From assembly GCA_016839745.1 (NCBI GenBank), contig JAEOTS010000013.1, forward strand, positions 1 through 35,964: a stretch of DNA of 35,964 nucleotides, given 5' to 3'. Origin of the DNA: Promethearchaeota archaeon (GTDB lineage: Archaea > Asgardarchaeota > Lokiarchaeia > Sigyniarchaeales > SOKP01). Each line of letters starts with the position of its first letter. The first letter of the stretch is position 1. The position numbers were made by a program, and so were the translations under genes. The notes under the pieces are model-generated. The model was not told where the DNA came from, searched no databases, and worked only from the letters and a program-made list of their open reading frames with translations. Positions 27,114-35,964 of the stretch are shown piece after piece.

Positions 27114-27191
27114 CGTTTAATAAAAATTAATTTTTTATATAAATTCTTTGTATATGTATATAATAAAATCATAATAAAAATTTTGGTAATA
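27114..27191. promoter_or_regulatory. Divergent promoter region (ABC operon / profilin) with TATA-like elements
   Basis: Palindromic TTTATATAAA at 27134-27143 lies 21-30 nt from GTG27113. TATATAAT at 27157-27164 lies upstream of ATG27192. Confidence 0.45.
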
Positions 27192-27596
27192 ATGTCAGCA
27201 GAAATTGAATCTATTATTGATGAGTTGCTCTCTGAAGAACAAAATATTTATGGAGTCGCGATTGTTAACAAGTCGGGAGCTTTAATTACACAAACTCAGA
27301 ACTGGAATCTTTCCAGCGATTTAGAAAAGATTAACGAATTACTTGGAACCCAACTAGCTCTAGGACAAAAAGGTATATCAAGCATAACGATTCAAGGGAT
27401 TAAATATATGATAGTCGAGAACACTGAAGAACGAAAGATAGGTACAAATATTACAGGAAAAGGGCACATTATTATAGCACCGATCCCCATAGGGGGAACG
27501 GGTGCGTTAGTTTGTTACATCAATCCTCAGGTTGGACCCCGAGACGCCTTATTTACCGTTCAAACTTACGCATTGAAACTACAAAAGCTAGTTTAA
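27192..27596 (+). CDS. Asgard (Loki-type) profilin, actin-monomer-binding protein
   Basis: 134 aa. YGVAIVNKSG.LITQTQNW, SITIQGIKYMIVENTEERKIGTNITGKGH and PIPIGGTGAL closely match, from memory, characterised Lokiarchaeota profilins. Confidence 0.9.
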   Translation: MSAEIESIIDELLSEEQNIYGVAIVNKSGALITQTQNWNLSSDLEKINELLGTQLALGQKGISSITIQGIKYMIVENTEERKIGTNITGKGHIIIAPIPIGGTGALVCYINPQVGPRDALFTVQTYALKLQKLV

Positions 27597-27723
27597 CTTT
27601 TTTTATCCTTTTTTTAAAATTGACTAGTTACCCTCATAATTAACTGGTCAGAAAATAAAACTTATATAATAACTTTTGATCATATTAATTAAATCTAATA
27701 TTATTACTATAAGAGGGAAAGAA

Positions 27724-28098
27724 ATGCTAAATCAAACAGTTCTCGATTTATTTTCATATCTTTTAATGTATCTACCGAATATAGTGTCAATAACCTTCAA
27801 TATTATAATACTTGTTTTTGCGATCTTAATATATAAGAGAAATTCGTATAAGTATGGAATTACCCTTATGATCTCATCAATTATATTTTTAGCTTCAGAT
27901 ATAATTTACTTGTCCATTCAATTACCTTTTTTGCCTATTCGATTGCACGATGAATTAGGGTTACCTTTTGCTGTGATTTCGTTAATACTTATGAGTATAA
28001 ATATCTTTTTTCTGAGTTTGTATACGGTAAGTACAATATTTTTAGTTGTATCTATATATTTAATTTATAAAACCCATAAAAAAGAAAGAATAGATTAG
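27724..28098 (+). CDS. Small membrane protein (about 3 TM) of unknown function
   Basis: Three hydrophobic segments. Likely start is ATG27724 after GAGGG (the ORF track starts at 27676). Confidence 0.65.
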   Translation: MLNQTVLDLFSYLLMYLPNIVSITFNIIILVFAILIYKRNSYKYGITLMISSIIFLASDIIYLSIQLPFLPIRLHDELGLPFAVISLILMSINIFFLSLYTVSTIFLVVSIYLIYKTHKKERID

Positions 28099-28168
28099 AA
28101 TTGTAATCATCAAGATAGATTCAAAGAATTATCCAAACTTACAGAGATTATTCGTCTTTTTTTCAATT

Positions 28169-29281
28169 TTACTTAATATTAAGCTTGAGGTGATCCCAAT
28201 AAGGATATAACAAGCTTTTAAGAAAGGTTTTTATTTTATCTATCTCCTTCCTCTTAGAATTCTCCAAAACGGATAGATTATTCTCATAGTCAGGAGGTTC
28301 GTACTTTTCCTTTAATAATGCTTTAATTATGGCTTCAACACAATAAGGTAATCCAATTATGTCATAACCTCCTTCTAATATGAAAGAAATTTTACCTTCA
28401 CATACACTTTCAGCAATTTTTAAAATTTTATCAGCAAATTGGTTGTAAGCAATACTTGTTAACGAACAATTACCAATAGGATCCGCGTAATACATATCAA
28501 ATCCCGCGGCAACAACGATAACAGCGGGCTGGAATTCATTGAGTATTGGCTCCAACAAATCAAGACAATAATAAAAATCTTCATTAGTTATTCCTTCTGG
28601 CACGGGAAGATTAATATTTTTACCAATACCTTCATCAATTCCAAGTTCGTCGACCATTCCTAAGTCTCCTTCAGTGAAGTCAAACTCGTGTATAGAAAAG
28701 TAAAGAACGGATGAATCATCGTAGAAATACTGAGCTAAACCGTCTCCAAAATGGTCGTCTATGTCTATTATTGCTATTTTCTTGTTAAAATTCAAATGAT
28801 TTCTTAAATAAAGGATTGAATTTGCAATATTATTGAATATACAGAGCCCTGACGCTTTTTCTCTAAATGCGTGGTGTCCCGGAGGTCTAATTAAAGCAAA
28901 TGACTGGGTATACTTATTGCTTATTACGCCTTCAATAGCTTCTATTGCCCCGCCAATAGCTTTTTTAGCTAGAGCGTAAGTATCCTCTGTTAAGAACACG
29001 TCCTCTTCGAGTAAGCCACCTCCCATGTTGGAAACTCGCTTAATGGCTTCAATGTGGTATTTTGAATGGGCTAATTCCATCGTAGCCTGAGTAACATCTC
29101 TCGGTTTAACTTTTATGATACGATTGTTATTAAAAATGTTTATTCTTTCTAAATGGTTTAGAATCGACTTTATCCTTAATGGGTTTTCAAAAGATATAAA
29201 AGACGGTTTTGGATACGGTGGGATATGTTTAGAAGCGAAATCATCGTCAACAATTATTCCGATTAGATTTTCTGTCGTCAT
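28169..29281 (-). CDS. Zn-dependent histone deacetylase superfamily protein (AcuC/APAH/class II-like)
   Basis: ENPLRI, RPPGHHA, GLCIFNN, DIDDHFGDG, AGFD, LEGGY. Confidence 0.92.
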   Translation of the reverse strand: MTTENLIGIIVDDDFASKHIPPYPKPSFISFENPLRIKSILNHLERINIFNNNRIIKVKPRDVTQATMELAHSKYHIEAIKRVSNMGGGLLEEDVFLTEDTYALAKKAIGGAIEAIEGVISNKYTQSFALIRPPGHHAFREKASGLCIFNNIANSILYLRNHLNFNKKIAIIDIDDHFGDGLAQYFYDDSSVLYFSIHEFDFTEGDLGMVDELGIDEGIGKNINLPVPEGITNEDFYYCLDLLEPILNEFQPAVIVVAAGFDMYYADPIGNCSLTSIAYNQFADKILKIAESVCEGKISFILEGGYDIIGLPYCVEAIIKALLKEKYEPPDYENNLSVLENSKRKEIDKIKTFLKSLLYPYWDHLKLNIK

Positions 29282-29383
29282 AACAATAATTGAAATTTTT
29301 GAATAACTAAACTCTTATATTTATATTTGCATACTAATATTAAAAAATAATTTCAATTTACCCAAAAAGGTTTGAGAATTAAA

Positions 29384-31603
29384 ATGAATGTTATTGAAAT
29401 CGTAGCATTATTCTTGCTTAATGCCCTTCCCATCATTTTATTAATAATACCTTACTTGTTCCTACGCAAAAAACTTGCTGGGAAAATCTATTTCAGAGTG
29501 ATGCTGGGAATTATGGTGTTCTACCTTGTATATTGGGTCCTACCAATAATATTTCAGATAGGAAGTGCTCCAATAGAATTAGAATTACAAATAGGCGATG
29601 AAGGTAATCTTGGGTTAGGAATAGGTTATATAATTGCACACATCGGCTCGCTTATCTCACTTTTTGCCTACTATCCCCTCGTAACCCTTCCTTTTATCTT
29701 TTTTGTCGCTCCCTTTATCTCAATTATTTACGTAAGGAATCGAGTTAAAAAAGAAATAGGGACCAAAAGCGAAAAAATGAAGGGGTTAACTTATCATATC
29801 AACGATAGCCCTTACAAGCGAATCAGAAGCGATCTGTTTAAAGGCGATTGGTCGAGAGAAAAAGACATAATGAAGTTACTCATCGTGCTTTTACCAATTT
29901 CTCTCTATTTATTACAGGTAATTCTCAAAATTATGCAAATTGAATCAGTCTCGATTACAACTGGAGAAACTGCTTTAGGTTGGTTCATCGAAATCTTATT
30001 TGTTTACCTCGCAACTTTTATATTCAGTTTAGAAATACTTTTTAGTTCGCAGATTGCACTAAGAGGAAGGTATTTTGGAGAGAATATTAGACAGCAGACT
30101 TATAAGAGCTTATATACGGTTGGAGCTCCAATATCAATCTTATCTATTATATTATTCATTGTTGAAGATATTGGATCTTTCGGAGTAATCCTTTACTTCT
30201 TTGCGTATTTTCTTATGGCGTCAATTATTTTTATTTTGTTTCTTAAAATTTTTGAACCTATTTCTTTACTTATTTTTATTAAACTAATTGACTGGTGGAA
30301 AAATAAGAAAGAAAAAAGGAAAAAAATGAATACTTCTAACATATACTATGGAATCGTCTTTAGTTGTCTCGCTTTTTTTGTATTTTTCATTGTAAACAAC
30401 TTTGTTTTTGGTGCTATCCTTCAATTTATTGATCAAGATATCATAACCGCCTCAGCCAATTTTGCAGTAAGTGGATCGGTATTCTTATACGAAAGCCTTG
30501 GATTTGACCTTTTGAACATTTTAAGTTTTGTAGCTTTAGTAGTTGTATCTCTAATTATTGCCGTGATTTTCTTGAGTCTAAGTATGAAATATATGAAAAG
30601 CATGTTTCTGAGTATTACAACATACGTACCTGTCTTAATCATCTTATCTGTGTTGTTTGTAGTAATAGGTGCAAACGGCTTGATAAACTTCTCTTCTGAA
30701 ATCTATTGGATTACTGGACAAACGAGCTTTACTTCTATTTTTGGTTTTAACTTCTATACTCTAAGGACTGCTGTATTCGAAGGTGGGTTAACCGGAGTTT
30801 TAAATATCCTTGCGATTCCTTATCAAACTACTCAGTACATTTTTAATATAGTTTTTTGGAGCCTAGTTATATTCTACATGAAAAAAAACTTTAGAGTTAA
30901 AAGCTTAGCTATTGATGAAAAACATTTAGAAAAGGTTATCTTCTCTTCAATTACTGAATTTCCAACATACAACGAATACGCAAAAACTAAAACCCGTTAT
31001 TTAATTATTAGAAGGGAAGATATCGATTTAAAAGATATAGCATTAGAGCGAGAGGAAGTAAAGTCCTTACTAGACGAACTAGAAACAGAACAAATGCTAG
31101 ATACATTAAAACCCGTTGAAGGAAATGAAATGCAAAGATTTTACTTTACTCTTAAATACTTATATAACAACAACCAAATCGATGTTTTAAAGCAAGAATT
31201 CAGCTACATCTTCGAAAAAGCAGAAAAACAAGGATTATATATCATTTACGACGATGGTAGAGGCATCTTTGACTATAATTTCTCTAAAGAGTATAGTCAA
31301 GATCCCGGAATCGTCTCCGGTATGTTTTCAGCTATTACTTCCTTCATAAAAGAAACCACTAAATCTCAAGAACTACTAAAAACCATAGATCACGGCGATA
31401 TTACAATTCTTATAGAGTATGGGAAACGAATATTTGGCGCTTTATTTATTAAAGGAAAACAAACTACTGAAGTTCGCACCTCATTAAAGGAACTGGTTAC
31501 CACATTTGAAGCTAAATATGCTGATGTTTTAGCTGACTGGAGCGGCGCTCTTATATATTTTAAAGAAGACAACAAGCTAGTAGAAAGTATCTTTAAAGAT
31601 TAA
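29384..31603 (+). CDS. Polytopic membrane protein with a C-terminal longin-like domain
   Basis: Roughly a dozen TM segments, then a soluble linker, then GLYIIYDDGRGIF...DPGIVSGMFSAITSFIKET...IDHGDITILIE...FEAKY...WSG. Start is ATG29384 or TTG29372. Confidence 0.75.
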   Translation: MNVIEIVALFLLNALPIILLIIPYLFLRKKLAGKIYFRVMLGIMVFYLVYWVLPIIFQIGSAPIELELQIGDEGNLGLGIGYIIAHIGSLISLFAYYPLVTLPFIFFVAPFISIIYVRNRVKKEIGTKSEKMKGLTYHINDSPYKRIRSDLFKGDWSREKDIMKLLIVLLPISLYLLQVILKIMQIESVSITTGETALGWFIEILFVYLATFIFSLEILFSSQIALRGRYFGENIRQQTYKSLYTVGAPISILSIILFIVEDIGSFGVILYFFAYFLMASIIFILFLKIFEPISLLIFIKLIDWWKNKKEKRKKMNTSNIYYGIVFSCLAFFVFFIVNNFVFGAILQFIDQDIITASANFAVSGSVFLYESLGFDLLNILSFVALVVVSLIIAVIFLSLSMKYMKSMFLSITTYVPVLIILSVLFVVIGANGLINFSSEIYWITGQTSFTSIFGFNFYTLRTAVFEGGLTGVLNILAIPYQTTQYIFNIVFWSLVIFYMKKNFRVKSLAIDEKHLEKVIFSSITEFPTYNEYAKTKTRYLIIRREDIDLKDIALEREEVKSLLDELETEQMLDTLKPVEGNEMQRFYFTLKYLYNNNQIDVLKQEFSYIFEKAEKQGLYIIYDDGRGIFDYNFSKEYSQDPGIVSGMFSAITSFIKETTKSQELLKTIDHGDITILIEYGKRIFGALFIKGKQTTEVRTSLKELVTTFEAKYADVLADWSGALIYFKEDNKLVESIFKD

Positions 31604-31635
31604 TTCTATTTTTTTATTTTTTTTATATTTATTTT
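31604..31635 (+). terminator. Oligo-T terminator-like tract
   Basis: ttctattttttttatttttttatatttatttt immediately after the stop. Confidence 0.4.
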
Positions 31636-31740
31636 CAAGAAATTCAAAAGATAAGGCTTTTAAAAAGGCATTTATATTAATAAAGCCATCTTTACATAAT
31701 CAAACAACTAAGAACCTTTATCCGGATTATTTTAGTAAAA

Positions 31741-32976
31741 ATGAAATCAAACATTGAGAAAAGAATAACATTTATCACGATTCTAGTAATTACTCTCGTT
31801 TTATCATTCATTTCTTCCAATAATCTCAATTTCTACTCAAGAGATAAAAATGCCAATATTAAAATTTCGAAAATATCTGGAACAATCTACATAAATAATA
31901 ACTGGACTGAAGCTATAAGTGCGGGTGTTTGCAACGGTTCTGGCACATGGGACGACCCATATATAATCAAAGATCTGATTATAGATGGTTATAGTTCCAG
32001 CAATTGTATTGAAATCCAAAATTCCAGCGCTTACTTTAGAATCGAAAACTGCACTCTTTTCAATGCGGGAGCCGATTGGTCAAGCGAGTACGCTGGGATA
32101 TTACTAAACAATACGAATAACGGAATAATTTTTGGTAACAACTGCTCAAAAAATATGTACGGGATTTCCTTAGTTTCATATAGTAAAAATAATACCATAT
32201 ACGGAAACCACGCAAATAATAACTTCAATACGGGTATATCTCTAAACACATTTTGCAACAATAATACAGTATCCAGAAATTATGCTAATAACAACTCAGC
32301 TTTCGGAATAAGATTATCTTGGAACAGTCACAATAACACTGTTTTGAAAAATAACGCAACTAGTAATAAAATAGGAGTAGAAATATCGTCTTTTTCGAAT
32401 CATAATATGGTAAAAGATAATAATCTATCTTTAAACATATTTCCTGGAGGGGTTACTAATGGTATTAGAATCAGCAGATCAGAAAATAACTCTATTATAA
32501 GAAATATTGTAAATCAGAACGGTTGGGAGGGAATACAAGTCTACGAGAGCAACTATAACTTTTTTTTAAATAATTCCATAAATAATAACGGGGAATATGG
32601 AATAAATTTGATTCGTTGTAGCGATAATGGACTTATATCAAATTTTATAACTTCTAACGGACAATATGGGATATATTTAGAGGACTGTGAAAGTAACATC
32701 GTAAAATATAACACTATTAATAATCACGATGTCGCTATTTATCTTGATGTTCAATCAAAATGCAATATTGCATTGAATAACTCTTTTGCGGGTAACGGGG
32801 CAAATATTCGTGACTTTCAGGGAGTATGTGAAGAAGATGGCTTAACTGCACCTCCTGTTGATGTATTAATAATTTCATTAATAATTGTTATGATTATGAT
32901 CCTCATTACTGGGACGATATTGGTTTTGAGAAGATTATCTAAAATTAAGGTCATCAGAAATAAAAAAAGTTCATAA
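31741..32976 (+). CDS. Surface right-handed beta-helix (NosD/CASH-type) protein
   Basis: N-terminal signal/anchor, GSGTWDDPYII, repeated GI.L....NN.I..N...NN units, and a C-terminal TM with a basic tail. Confidence 0.85.
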   Translation: MKSNIEKRITFITILVITLVLSFISSNNLNFYSRDKNANIKISKISGTIYINNNWTEAISAGVCNGSGTWDDPYIIKDLIIDGYSSSNCIEIQNSSAYFRIENCTLFNAGADWSSEYAGILLNNTNNGIIFGNNCSKNMYGISLVSYSKNNTIYGNHANNNFNTGISLNTFCNNNTVSRNYANNNSAFGIRLSWNSHNNTVLKNNATSNKIGVEISSFSNHNMVKDNNLSLNIFPGGVTNGIRISRSENNSIIRNIVNQNGWEGIQVYESNYNFFLNNSINNNGEYGINLIRCSDNGLISNFITSNGQYGIYLEDCESNIVKYNTINNHDVAIYLDVQSKCNIALNNSFAGNGANIRDFQGVCEEDGLTAPPVDVLIISLIIVMIMILITGTILVLRRLSKIKVIRNKKSS

Positions 32977-33013
32977 AAAATAAAAAGAAAAATGTATAAA
33001 ACAATTCTTAATT

Positions 33014-34753
33014 TTACTCATTCATTTCATATGCGTCCTTTAAGGAGTGAACTGTTTTCCACACTTTACCAAACCGCTCAGGATCGACGTTAGGTTTCTT
33101 AATCATCTCCAAACACCATTCCATTTGTAGAGGAGTAGTACCGGATTTATGATAAAGATTCAAAGCGTATTTGGAAAAGTCTCTCACTAGAAAATCGAAA
33201 ATTTGGTCAATTGTATCTACATCGATTTCATATATTTTCGCGTTTTCAATGACTAAATGGGCATATACAATAAGAGAAAAGATTTCGCCAATCCCTGAAA
33301 GCATGAAGTCCATGTCTTTTTGTTGCTCGATACTAGGCGTGGCCTTTGTTCCCATAAGGTTAAACATCTTAATTTGTTCCATGAATATTTTGACATTGGG
33401 TAAATTATATTGCTCAAACGCTGGCTTCCAATCGTGAAAGCGAATTCTTCCCAACCCACGAGTTGGACCTTGGTTAAAAAGGAATGTATCATCTTTAACT
33501 TGATCTTGTTTTGGAATTTCTTCATATTTCTTATGATTCATAAAGAAGTTTATCATAAATTTCAAAATCAAGGCGATATTTACGTGAACGGTGCCTTCGA
33601 GTTTTGGTAAAGCACGGATATCCTTTGCAGCCATTTCAAAATACATGTCCTTTTCGAAACCTTTTGCCGCAATCACATCCCATAAAAGATTTATTACTTC
33701 CTCTCCTTGAGTTGTTGTCTTCATTTTCATGACGGGAGCATATAGTAGATAACGTCGGTCTTTATCAGATGCTATTCTCATGTAATCAGCAGTTCTTAGT
33801 CCAAATAATTTCATAGCGACTAAACGAGTGTATGCATCAACAAAGTTTTGTTTAACGTGTTGAAAATCAGTTACGTACATATTATAGAGCCTTCGATAGG
33901 ACGCGTGATGAATTGCTTCGTAAAATGCGTGCGTGCAAATTCCTATTGAAGCCCATCCTAAGTTATACTTCCCCACGTTAACCGTGTTAAGGGATGAATT
34001 CCATGCCTCCTCTCCTTTGGAAAGAATATCTTCTTCGGTTATGGGATAATCGTGAAGCGCAAAATTTGAAACATAATTTTGACTATCGCATACATTTTTA
34101 ATTAACTCATAGTTTTTGTGTTTATAATTTGCGACAAAGAAAACATATTGCTCCTTATTTTTCATGTCATACGGAGGGATATTGCCATCTTTATCAGCAA
34201 ATTTACCAAAGTTTGAAACCATTTGTGCTTCGTTTCCATTGCCGATATAATACTTTTCTCCATTAGCTTTATATGAACCATCTTCTTGAGGAGTTAATGC
34301 CATTTCAGAGGCATAAATATCTGCTCCATGCGCTTGTTCAGAAAGACCGAACGCAAAAATATTTCCCTCGTTAAGTAATTTCGCTGCTTTCTCCTTTGCT
34401 TTTTCATTTTTACTCATCCAGATAGGTCCGAGGCCTAGTATTGACACCTGCCATGTATACCAATAGCTAAGTCCGTAAAACGCAAGAATCTCATTAAACT
34501 CGCATATTCTCCATGTATCCCATCGATAATTCTCATCTTTTCCATACTGAGATGGAGTTAAAAGTTGCGCAAAAATCTTATTTTCTTTTTGAAATTCCAG
34601 GAAGTCAGAATACCATACTCGCTTGCGATCGTCCTCTTTAATTTTCGCTCTCCCTTTGTTTTCGAAAAATTCTATGGTTTTAAGCATGATCTCTTTTGAT
34701 TTCGTGTCTGGATAATACCTTTTATGCTCTTTTGGATTTAATAAAATTGTCAT
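33014..34753 (-). CDS. Acyl-CoA dehydrogenase family protein
   Basis: AFGLSEQAHGADI, NGEKYYIGNG, PKLEGTVHVN. Likely start is ATG34753 after GGAG, with GTG34768 as the alternative. Confidence 0.9.
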   Translation of the reverse strand: MTILLNPKEHKRYYPDTKSKEIMLKTIEFFENKGRAKIKEDDRKRVWYSDFLEFQKENKIFAQLLTPSQYGKDENYRWDTWRICEFNEILAFYGLSYWYTWQVSILGLGPIWMSKNEKAKEKAAKLLNEGNIFAFGLSEQAHGADIYASEMALTPQEDGSYKANGEKYYIGNGNEAQMVSNFGKFADKDGNIPPYDMKNKEQYVFFVANYKHKNYELIKNVCDSQNYVSNFALHDYPITEEDILSKGEEAWNSSLNTVNVGKYNLGWASIGICTHAFYEAIHHASYRRLYNMYVTDFQHVKQNFVDAYTRLVAMKLFGLRTADYMRIASDKDRRYLLYAPVMKMKTTTQGEEVINLLWDVIAAKGFEKDMYFEMAAKDIRALPKLEGTVHVNIALILKFMINFFMNHKKYEEIPKQDQVKDDTFLFNQGPTRGLGRIRFHDWKPAFEQYNLPNVKIFMEQIKMFNLMGTKATPSIEQQKDMDFMLSGIGEIFSLIVYAHLVIENAKIYEIDVDTIDQIFDFLVRDFSKYALNLYHKSGTTPLQMEWCLEMIKKPNVDPERFGKVWKTVHSLKDAYEMNE

Positions 34754-34884
34754 AATTACTTTCTCCACTTTAATTTATAGTTAACAATTTAATTATAATA
34801 TAGAATCAATATTTCAAAATTAGCTTTTTCATTCATTTATATTGCTTTACATAAAAATAAAGAAAAAAGATTTCACTTGGTTTT

Positions 34885-35772
34885 CTAATTGTTTACTTTA
34901 TCAGCGTTGTTAGCAATTGCGTCTACAATTTGAGGCCATGTTTCAGGCGGTAGACTATGTCCCATGCCCTCAATGATTATTAATTCCGCTCCAGGGATAG
35001 ATGCTGCTGTTTCTTTACCTCCTTCAACTGGAACTAATGGATCGTCGCCGCCATGAATTATAAGCGTAGGAACTTTTATTGAACCAAGTTTTGGTACGCG
35101 GTTTTCAGTGCCTAATATTGCCCAAATTTGTCGTACCATTCCTTGTGGATAAAATGAACGGTCATAAAAGGTTGCTGCAAGTTCACGGTATTCATCTTCA
35201 GGAAAAGGAAAACCAGATCCATAATAAATACGTCGACGTTTCGTTGATTCCTCAATATAAGCTTGACGATCTGTAGGCGCAGGTTTTAACAGTAGTTGCA
35301 GAATTTCTGGCTTAGGTTGAGGAAGGTTAGGATTTCCGGTGGTACTCATAATGGAAGTTAAGCTCAAAACGCGGGTTGGATGGCGAAATGCGATTATTTG
35401 AACAATCATTCCCCCCATTGACGCTCCACAAATATGAGCCTTTTCTATGTTGAGGGCATCTAATAGACCAACAGCGTCATCAGCCATATCTTCGACAGTA
35501 TAGGGGGGCGATATCGTTTTTCCTCGCTGGCGTGCACTGTATTCCTTTAGAATATTTGGTACTCCCGCTTCTTCAAATTTAGTAGACAAACCTACATCTC
35601 GATTATCGAATCGAATTACGTAAAATCCTTTATCTACAAACATCATGCAAAGCTCCTCAAACCAGGTAATCATCTGAGCTCCTAACCCCATCACCAAAAG
35701 TAAAGGTTTTGATGAGGAATCTCCAAATGTGTCATACTCTATTTCAATATTGTTAGCTTTCGCTTTAGGCAT
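34885..35772 (-). CDS. Alpha/beta hydrolase (esterase-like)
   Basis: RFDNRDVGLS, nucleophile elbow GASMGG, HGGDDPL, GMGH. Confidence 0.92.
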   Translation of the reverse strand: MPKAKANNIEIEYDTFGDSSSKPLLLVMGLGAQMITWFEELCMMFVDKGFYVIRFDNRDVGLSTKFEEAGVPNILKEYSARQRGKTISPPYTVEDMADDAVGLLDALNIEKAHICGASMGGMIVQIIAFRHPTRVLSLTSIMSTTGNPNLPQPKPEILQLLLKPAPTDRQAYIEESTKRRRIYYGSGFPFPEDEYRELAATFYDRSFYPQGMVRQIWAILGTENRVPKLGSIKVPTLIIHGGDDPLVPVEGGKETAASIPGAELIIIEGMGHSLPPETWPQIVDAIANNADKVNN

Positions 35773-35964
35773 TAATATTACCTTTATTGTTTTTATTTTT
35801 ATTTCTATTGAGTTATTGGTAATAGATCAGTATTGCTTACATCTTATTAAAAATTTTTTTCTAAAGGTTTTTCAATCTCGAATATCGTCTGAAAGAAACA
35901 AAGTATTTTAATAAAATTAAAATTAACGGAATTGATATAGTTGGCTGTGGACTCTCTCAAAATA

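Noticed and set aside
31741-32976. Asn-rich periodic sequence as a novel repeat protein or nitrous-oxide-reductase component
   Set aside because: It is a standard beta-helix repeat, common in these archaea, and no nos genes are present.
1258-35276. Many short antisense or alternate-frame ORFs (e.g. 1258-1455, 3826-4068, 6925-7290, 17414-17707, 17777-18244, 33171-33610, 35079-35276)
   Set aside because: They lie within confidently identified genes and show no motifs, so they are shadow ORFs.
35729-35911. 60-aa hydrophobic plus-strand ORF
   Set aside because: It overlaps the hydrolase start and promoter. Its hydrophobicity follows from T-rich intergenic DNA, and there is no SD.

Overview
AT-rich, gene-dense archaeal window, almost certainly from an Asgard archaeon. 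Lokiarchaeia is the likely class, given a 134-aa Loki-type profilin, two Rab-like small GTPases, two longin-like domains, a V4R protein and an orphan reductive dehalogenase. Housekeeping and metabolic genes include argS-speB-dys, pncC, an M29 aminopeptidase, tag, two tandem acyl-CoA ligases, an acyl-CoA dehydrogenase and an HDAC-family deacetylase. I saw no rRNA, tRNA, CRISPR array or mobile element. Main observations: (1) a putative Rab GTPase-thioredoxin(CGPC)-V4R/Bet3-fold operon, whose thioredoxin is hidden because it lacks a canonical start codon; (2) two genes that appear to start at non-canonical codons (TTA and ATA), each exactly 6 nt after an SD-like GTGA motif; (3) a minimal type VII (MacB/FtsX-like) ABC permease with no extracellular domain, transcribed divergently from profilin and followed by a run of envelope genes; (4) a polytopic membrane protein fused to a C-terminal longin-like domain. 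All family calls come from motif recognition by eye; no database search was run.
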